Assembly (NCBI GenBank): GCA_938046735.1
Contig: CALIXF010000003.1
Coordinates: 16,463 to 80,462, forward strand
Reading direction: 5' to 3'
Length of the DNA: 64,000 nucleotides
Source: an uncultured Candidatus Saccharibacteria bacterium
GTDB taxonomy: Bacteria > Patescibacteriota > Saccharimonadia > Saccharimonadales > Saccharimonadaceae
Within the stretch, counting starts at the first letter, position 1. Every line of letters starts with the position of its first letter. Positions 58,376 through 64,000 of this stretch are shown here, one piece after another. The notes under the pieces are model-generated. The model saw only the letters and a program-made list of their open reading frames with translations. It did no database searches and was not told the origin of the DNA. The position numbers were made by a program, and so were the translations under genes.

Positions 58376-58825
58376 ATGAAAACTTTATGGACCGATGGCA
58401 GTGCTTCGCCGAATCCGGGGCCTGGTGGTTTTGCGGTAATCTATGATGGAAAGCCAGTAAGACTGGGTAGAGAAGAATCTTCAACAAATATAAGAATGGA
58501 AGGCGCGGCAATGCGAGCGGCAATGCAATTTTTAGATGGAGAGGAAGGGGAAATTTATTCGGATTCAGAATTTTGGATCAATGTACTAACTAAATGGGCG
58601 CCAATTTGGCAAAAGAATGGTTGGAAGAAAAAAACTGGTTCGATCAAGAATTTGAATTTGGTAAAAGAATTATACGGATTATATTGCGATTCAAAGGTGA
58701 AATTAAACTGGGTGAAGGGGCATGATGGAATCGAGATGAATGAATTAACGGATTTTTGGGCGAATAAGGCAAGAGAGAATGAGGGGTTGGGTGAAGTAGC
58801 GGTAGAATTGGTGTCAACGGAGTAG
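58376..58825 (+). CDS. rnhA: ribonuclease HI
   Basis: 149 aa; MKTLWTDGSASPNPGPGGFAVIY... DEDD-type RNase H fold motifs. Confidence 0.85.
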   Translation: MKTLWTDGSASPNPGPGGFAVIYDGKPVRLGREESSTNIRMEGAAMRAAMQFLDGEEGEIYSDSEFWINVLTKWAPIWQKNGWKKKTGSIKNLNLVKELYGLYCDSKVKLNWVKGHDGIEMNELTDFWANKARENEGLGEVAVELVSTE

Positions 58826-58828
58826 AAA

Positions 58829-59368
58829 ATGCGAAAAATTATTTATAAGAGCAAGATAGATAGTCGTGACGAATTTGAGGCGAAACTTTCTAGTTTGGAT
58901 TATGATTTTGGGCCAGTATATTGGCAACATAATAGAGTTTTTATTCCAAAAAACTATCAGAATCATAGTAATTATCCGAGAATGATTCTAAGGATTGAAA
59001 TGAAGGCAGTGGATCGACCGGCGAAATATGAGCTTATTTGCAAACGGCATATCGAAGATTCAGGGGTAACGATTTCACATGCGACGCAAGTGAAGGACTA
59101 CTCGGAGGCAGCAAGTATTTTATTGCAACTTGGGTTTGTGATGCAGGCGGAGATTTCAAGAAGAAGACAAGCTCTTGAGATAGATAAATATACAATGGTT
59201 TATATCGACCAGATTGATAATCAGGAGGAAAATTTTGTAAAAATTGAGATTACTTTGGAAGATGACGAAAAAGTGGGAGAGGCACAACGAAAATTAGAAA
59301 GTTTGTTAGCCGAGTTTGGTCTCACTGGAAATATACGACTAAAAGAAACCTACGCTGAACTAGTCTAG
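58829..59368 (+). CDS. CYTH-like domain protein (triphosphate tunnel/class IV adenylyl cyclase fold), N-terminal ExExK motif not conserved
   Basis: 179 aa; RMILRIEM and FVKIEITLEDDEKVGEAQRKLESLLAEFGL align with the CyaB/CYTH core (MVLREMN; FAEIAIMTDD...FGL), but the N-terminal sequence is IIYKSKI instead of ExExK. Confidence 0.5.
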   Translation: MRKIIYKSKIDSRDEFEAKLSSLDYDFGPVYWQHNRVFIPKNYQNHSNYPRMILRIEMKAVDRPAKYELICKRHIEDSGVTISHATQVKDYSEAASILLQLGFVMQAEISRRRQALEIDKYTMVYIDQIDNQEENFVKIEITLEDDEKVGEAQRKLESLLAEFGLTGNIRLKETYAELV

Positions 59369-59411
59369 TTAAACTTTTTTGTGTTAAACTAGTTAGAAAA
59401 AGAGAGGAAGT

Positions 59412-60431
59412 ATGGAGTCGGAAGATAGACCAGTATTTACAAATTCTGAGATTAAAAAAATTAATGATTTTGATGTATTTTTGTGGGCAAATGAAATTGA
59501 TGAAGTAAAGAATAATGTTTCTTGTGAACTTTTTTTATTCAATAAAAACTATACTCCATTTAAGATTCGCTATTCAGAGAAGTTAACTAATTCGGTAAAA
59601 CAAATGTTTATGGGTGAAGCTGTGGCATTTGTGATTAAGGAGGCGGATAAAGGACTGGAATGTCGCGAGTATGAAAAATCAGATGGAGAAAACAAAGTAA
59701 TTTATCGTACAGATTTAGATAAAGTAATACGGGCGGAAAGCTTGATCAGATTAGTCGAAAAAGAATATAAAGATATTGATTACTTTACGGATAACGAGCA
59801 TCAATTTAAGAAAGTAAAAGGTATTTTAGCGCGATTTACTTATCCTGGCGGTGAGGGGATGAAGACGTTTTATGTTGCAAAAGCAATTTCAGCTGCTTCG
59901 GCTCTAAATGCAAAATCGTCTTGGGAATTGAATGGTGAGAGCTTTGAGCCGTTTAGTGCGGAAGTGGCTTTGAAAATGCCTGATGACAATCAAGTGGCGA
60001 TTATTGATGAAAATGTGATAATTTTTAACCAAAGTAAATTTGAAAATCTTTTCCAATATGATTTTAAGGCACAGATGCTAGCGGAAGCAAAGGCGAAAGA
60101 AATTGAGGAGAAATATCAGTTATCTTTTGCGGAGGGATTAACTTTAAATGCTTTGCTTCAAGATAAAAAACCGTTGGTGAAAAAATTGCAAGACATGGAT
60201 ATTCAAGAACAGATGTCACAGGAACAGCTAGTTGATTACTCAGATGAGATGAAATTGGATCTAATGACCGATGATGACGGTAAAATTATTATTATGGACG
60301 ACAAAGATTTGACGATGTTTGTCAATTTATTGAACGAGGATTATTATGTATCTCCAGTGAATGGTAAACGATATGAAATTAAGTCTAAGAAATTACTAAA
60401 TGAACCGGAAGGTGAACCACCAAGAGGTTAG
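59412..60431 (+). CDS. hypothetical cytoplasmic protein (339 aa) with an acidic C-terminal region
   Basis: Long ORF with a GAGAGGAAG Shine-Dalgarno sequence; no recognisable catalytic motif. Confidence 0.5.
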   Translation: MESEDRPVFTNSEIKKINDFDVFLWANEIDEVKNNVSCELFLFNKNYTPFKIRYSEKLTNSVKQMFMGEAVAFVIKEADKGLECREYEKSDGENKVIYRTDLDKVIRAESLIRLVEKEYKDIDYFTDNEHQFKKVKGILARFTYPGGEGMKTFYVAKAISAASALNAKSSWELNGESFEPFSAEVALKMPDDNQVAIIDENVIIFNQSKFENLFQYDFKAQMLAEAKAKEIEEKYQLSFAEGLTLNALLQDKKPLVKKLQDMDIQEQMSQEQLVDYSDEMKLDLMTDDDGKIIIMDDKDLTMFVNLLNEDYYVSPVNGKRYEIKSKKLLNEPEGEPPRG

Positions 60432-60432
60432 A

Positions 60433-60663
60433 ATGCCAAGAATTTATATTAAATGTTTGCACTGTGGAGAAATTAAAGCAACTTCTGTAGGGGAGAGGGG
60501 CTTTTTTATTGATGAGGCTTGTAATAAAGAAGAGAGATCTAAGCTTGTAATTTTGGTTGGTGTTTGTTCGTTTTGCCAGTGTAAGAATATAAATACTGGA
60601 AGAAGTCTAATTTTGAAAAATGAATTAACACAAGTAGCACTAAAAGATCAAATTGATGATTGA
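60433..60663 (+). CDS. small 4-Cys zinc-ribbon protein (76 aa), translationally coupled to the upstream gene
   Basis: CLHCG...CSFCQC motif; ATG 2 nt after the upstream stop. Confidence 0.45.
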   Translation: MPRIYIKCLHCGEIKATSVGERGFFIDEACNKEERSKLVILVGVCSFCQCKNINTGRSLILKNELTQVALKDQIDD

Positions 60664-60728
60664 ATAAATAATTTGTATATTTTTGACTGTTAGAAATTTT
60701 GTATAAATTAGTTATCCAAGGAGATAGA

Positions 60729-61745
60729 ATGAAAAAAATTTATAAGGTTGCGGTCTTTATTTTACTGCTAGCCGGTTTGACTTTTGGTGGAATAAAACTC
60801 GCTAATATATTAAAGAAGAAGAATACGAGTAAGAAATATTCAATTGTGAGTACGAGTTTTCCTGGTTATGACTTTGCACGAGCGGTGGTGGGAAATAATA
60901 CTGATATTTCAGTAAAAATGTTATTAAAACCAGGTGCAGAGTCCCATAGTTTTGAACCAACCCCACAGGATATTTTGGCAATTAAAAATAGTAACTTATT
61001 TCTTTATGTGGGGGGAGATTCAGACGAATGGGTAAAGAAGGTAATAAGTGAAATTGACCCCAAAAAGACCAAGGTTTTGAAATTGATTGACTTGGTGAAG
61101 ACTAAAAATGAAGAAGTGGTTGAGGGGATGCAAGAAGATGAGGAACATGATCACGATCATAAGGATGATCATGAACATGATCATAAACATAGCCATGACC
61201 ACAAAGAAGAGGCTGAGGTTGATGAACATGTATGGACGAGCCTAAAAAATGCTAAAGAGATCACGAATAAAATTTTAGAGGCAGTAGCTGATTTTGATCA
61301 GGCAGAAAAGAAGATGTTGTCAGAAAATGCAAAAAAATACACAGAGAAAATTTCTGAAGTAGATGAAAAAAATGCATCAATGGTAAAACAGGCTAAGCGC
61401 AAAGAAATTATTGTTGGTGACCGTTTCCCATTAAGATATTTTGTAGATGAATACGGTTTGAAATATTATGCTGCATTTCCAGGGTGTTCTGAACAAACAG
61501 AAGCAAATGTTAAAACAGTAAGCTTTTTGGCAAAGAAGATAAAGGAAGATAAGATCCCAGTGATCTTTAAAATTGAGCTTTCAAATGGACTGATTGCGGA
61601 AACATTGTCAAAGGAAACCGGTGCAAAAGTGAGAGAAATACAAACTGCACATAATATTTCCGAGAAAGATTTTGAGGCAGGAGTGACATATGTTGATTTA
61701 ATGAAACGTAACCTTGAAGTACTAAAGGAAGCTTTAAATAGCTAA
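60729..61745 (+). CDS. znuA: zinc ABC transporter substrate-binding protein (ZnuA/TroA family) with a His-rich loop
   Basis: N-terminal lipoprotein-like signal peptide; HDHDHKDDHEHDHKHSHDHKEE flexible loop; cluster-9 solute-binding protein fold. Confidence 0.8.
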   Translation: MKKIYKVAVFILLLAGLTFGGIKLANILKKKNTSKKYSIVSTSFPGYDFARAVVGNNTDISVKMLLKPGAESHSFEPTPQDILAIKNSNLFLYVGGDSDEWVKKVISEIDPKKTKVLKLIDLVKTKNEEVVEGMQEDEEHDHDHKDDHEHDHKHSHDHKEEAEVDEHVWTSLKNAKEITNKILEAVADFDQAEKKMLSENAKKYTEKISEVDEKNASMVKQAKRKEIIVGDRFPLRYFVDEYGLKYYAAFPGCSEQTEANVKTVSFLAKKIKEDKIPVIFKIELSNGLIAETLSKETGAKVREIQTAHNISEKDFEAGVTYVDLMKRNLEVLKEALNS

Positions 61746-61770
61746 AAATATTTAGTTATTTTTAAAAACA

Positions 61771-62517
61771 ATGAAGACGATATCAAAGACAAAGGAAAAA
61801 CTGGATAAGAGAGAAGTGGAGCTTATCGAGATGAGAGATAAGCCGATTGTGACTGTAAAAAAGTTACAAGTAAACTATGATAAGACAATAGTGTTTTCTA
61901 ATTTGAGTTTTGAAGTTTGCGAGAGGGACTTCGTCTGTATTGTTGGACAAAACGGGGCTGGAAAATCAACATTAATCAAAACTCTACTTGGACAAATCAA
62001 ACAAAATAGTGGTGAAATTATTTTTCACGATTTACAACAAAAAATGATTGGTTATATGCCGCAAGAGAGTAAGGTGGATAAAAATTTTCCGGCCTCGGTT
62101 TCCGAAATTGTGTATTCAGGTACTTTAAACCGTATGGGGTTTAGACCATTTTATAGAAGCGCAGAGAAGAGGATAGTTGAGAGATGCTTGAAAGAATTGA
62201 AAATTGTGGATTTAGCTAGACGTCATTTTGCGGATCTTTCGGGTGGACAGAGACAAAAGGTACTACTGGCGAGGGCCTTAGCCGCAACATCGAAACTATT
62301 AATCTTGGACGAACCATCGAATAACTTGGATTTTAAGTCAAAAATGGAATTATACGATAATTTGTCGAAGCTAAACAAAAAAGGAATTACGATTCTGATG
62401 GTGACTCATGACCTTGATCACAAGAATTTAATTGGCAATAAAATATTAGCATTGTCAGGGGAACAATATTTCTTTGGAGAAACTAATGAGTACGTAGAAA
62501 GGATTCATGATGTTTGA
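61771..62517 (+). CDS. znuC: zinc/manganese ABC transporter ATP-binding protein
   Basis: Walker A GQNGAGKSTL, signature LSGGQRQKVLLARAL. Confidence 0.85.
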   Translation: MKTISKTKEKLDKREVELIEMRDKPIVTVKKLQVNYDKTIVFSNLSFEVCERDFVCIVGQNGAGKSTLIKTLLGQIKQNSGEIIFHDLQQKMIGYMPQESKVDKNFPASVSEIVYSGTLNRMGFRPFYRSAEKRIVERCLKELKIVDLARRHFADLSGGQRQKVLLARALAATSKLLILDEPSNNLDFKSKMELYDNLSKLNKKGITILMVTHDLDHKNLIGNKILALSGEQYFFGETNEYVERIHDV

Positions 62518-63313
62518 TTTGTTTGAGCAAGGGTTTTTAATGAGGGGGTTTATTTCTGGGCTTTTGATTTCGATTTCGGCGGCTTTAATTGGTACATCTC
62601 TAGTTTTAAGGCGAAATGCGATGATTGGAGACGGACTATCACATGTAGGATTTGGCGCTTTTGCTATTGCAACGGTAATGAATTTTGCGCCGCTTGAATT
62701 TGCGATGCCGGTAGTGATTTTGACATCATTTTTAATCTTGAGATTGAATGGACAAAGTAAGGTTCAGCCGGATGCAGCAATAGCGATGGTGTCGGCAGGG
62801 GCTTTAGCGCTAGGTACTTTTGCGATTTCAATAACGCGTGGAGTAAATACAGACATAAATAACTATTTGTTTGGTAGCATTTTGTCGATTTCTGAAGCGG
62901 ATCTTGTTTTAAGTTTGATTTTTTCAATACTAGTGATTGTTATTTTTTTGAGTTGTTATAATAAGATTTTTGCATTAACTTTCGATGAAAATTTTGCAAA
63001 ATCAATTGGGATTAAAACAAACTTTTATAATGCAATATTTGCGGTGCTTTGTTCGATTGTGGTGGTACTGGGAATGAGACTAATGGGAGCGTTGTTAATC
63101 TCAAGTTTAATTATCTTCCCAACAATGTCAGCGATGCAAATGGTGAAGTCGTTTAAGAGAGTAATAATCTTATCAATTTTAGTTTCCATAATTTGTTTTA
63201 TGTCAGGAATGTGGATATCTTATGGTTTATCTACACCGACGGGTTCGACGATCGTTTTAGTAAACGTAATCTTGTTTATGGTGGTTAGACTGATTCGATG
63301 GATACAGAAATAA
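62507..63313 (+). CDS. znuB: zinc/manganese ABC transporter permease (ABC-3 family)
   Basis: 268 aa; 8-9 TM helices; 11-nt overlap with znuC. Confidence 0.85.
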   Translation: MMFDLFEQGFLMRGFISGLLISISAALIGTSLVLRRNAMIGDGLSHVGFGAFAIATVMNFAPLEFAMPVVILTSFLILRLNGQSKVQPDAAIAMVSAGALALGTFAISITRGVNTDINNYLFGSILSISEADLVLSLIFSILVIVIFLSCYNKIFALTFDENFAKSIGIKTNFYNAIFAVLCSIVVVLGMRLMGALLISSLIIFPTMSAMQMVKSFKRVIILSILVSIICFMSGMWISYGLSTPTGSTIVLVNVILFMVVRLIRWIQK

Positions 63314-63410
63314 GATTTGAAAAAATAAAAAAATTAAGATAAACTTGTTCAGTAAAGAAGTGTCTTTTTTGAAAATTAAGAGTTCTAAAAATATCACGGG
63401 AGGTGATGGA

Positions 63411-64000
63411 TGCTGAAATTATTGAAATATATGAGGCCATATTTTTGGCAATGTTTGATATTGGTATTAGCTGTTGGCTTACAGGTTTTTGGTACATTAA
63501 TGTTGCCAACAATGATGGCTGAAATCGTGAATAGTGGTATTGTTAAAAACGATACTCATTTTATTTTTGTAAGAGGTATCTTGATGTTTTTAGTAACAAT
63601 AGTGTCGGCAGTGGGAACTTTAATCTCCTCTTATTTTTCAGCAAAAGTGAGTGCAGCAATTAGTCGAGACATGAAACGAGATTTGTTTGCTAAAGTATTG
63701 TCTTTTTCTATTTCGGAGACCGAACAGTTTTTAACAGCTTCTTTGGTAACGAGAACGACAAATGATGTTTCGCAGGTGCAACAAACTATGGTAATGTGTT
63801 TGTCGATGCTGGTGCGAGCACCATTAATGGCGGTGGGGGCGATGGTGCAGGCTTTTGTGGTAGCGCCAGACATGACTTGGATTATTGCGCTTGCAATTGG
63901 AATACTCTTAGTTTTTTCAATTGTGATTATTGGGCTAGTGATGCCAAAATTTGTGATCTTTCAGAAGATGATGGATAAGATTAATTTGTTAACCAGGGAG
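63411..64000 (+). CDS. ABC exporter (type I, fused TMD-NBD) - N-terminal part only, continues past the window end
   Basis: ATG at 63411 with a GGGAGGTGA Shine-Dalgarno sequence; six-TM exporter-domain pattern; open reading frame runs to position 64000 without a stop. Confidence 0.7.

Noticed and set aside
59412-60431. Assignment of the 339-aa protein to Kiwa KwaB (DUF4868) or another named defence family
   Set aside because: It cannot be verified without profile searches, and no KwaA-like multi-TM partner is adjacent. It is kept as an uncharacterised module instead.
60664-60728. Possible Zur box upstream of znuA (direct TTTGTATA repeats)
   Set aside because: No convincing palindrome matching known Zur-box consensus sequences could be read, only short AT-rich direct repeats.
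61141-61210. His/Asp-rich repeat HDHDHKDDHEHDHKHSHDHKEE considered as a nucleotide tandem repeat or low-complexity artefact
   Set aside because: It sits at the position of the flexible metal-binding loop characteristic of ZnuA-type zinc-binding proteins and keeps the reading frame.

Overview
This 64-kb window comes from a low-GC, tightly packed bacterial chromosome. About 70 protein-coding genes and 4 tRNAs (3 tRNA-Ser, 1 tRNA-Arg) can be supported from the sequence; no rRNA and no CRISPR array were found. The housekeeping core includes groES-groEL with a textbook CIRCE operator, valS, argS, pyrG, tsaD, orn, mscL, dnaG, rpoD and rnhA. There are also two Mur-ligase-like genes, a ComF-family competence gene, an LCP-family cell-envelope polymer transferase and a polyprenyl-phosphate sugar transferase. 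A large type IV pilus block follows the order pilM, PilN-like, PilO-like, small membrane protein, pilB, pilT, pilC. Two VirB2/TrbC-like pilin paralogs, three FtsX- or ABC-2-type transporters and a zinc-uptake znuACB operon are also present. Promoters are mostly of the extended -10 (TGnTATAAT) type, and several stop/start overlaps suggest translational coupling. The gene content, including type IV pili, ComFC, VirB2-like pilins and reduced metabolism, suggests a small-genome lineage (Patescibacteria/CPR-like bacterium, possibly Saccharibacteria-like); this is inference only. The stretches that look accessory or unusual are these. (1) A clearly more AT-rich 4.4-kb island (29.7-34.1 kb) carries glycosyltransferase and histidine-phosphatase genes and sits between a two-component system and an FtsX-type ABC transporter. 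(2) A 1.07-kb non-coding gap lies between convergent valS and NUDIX genes and holds a consensus sigma70-type promoter, an integrase N-terminal fragment and two 25-bp palindromes. (3) A two-gene module (a small acidic protein plus a 754-aa highly charged protein) is inserted between dnaG and rpoD. (4) An uncharacterised three-gene module (divergent CYTH-like protein, 339-aa protein, coupled 4-Cys zinc ribbon) lies between rnhA and znuA. (5) An operon headed by a 304-aa unknown protein, followed by an ABC-2 exporter, sits next to a tRNA-Ser gene. The best candidates for something undescribed are module (4) and island (1); neither can be assigned a function from sequence alone.
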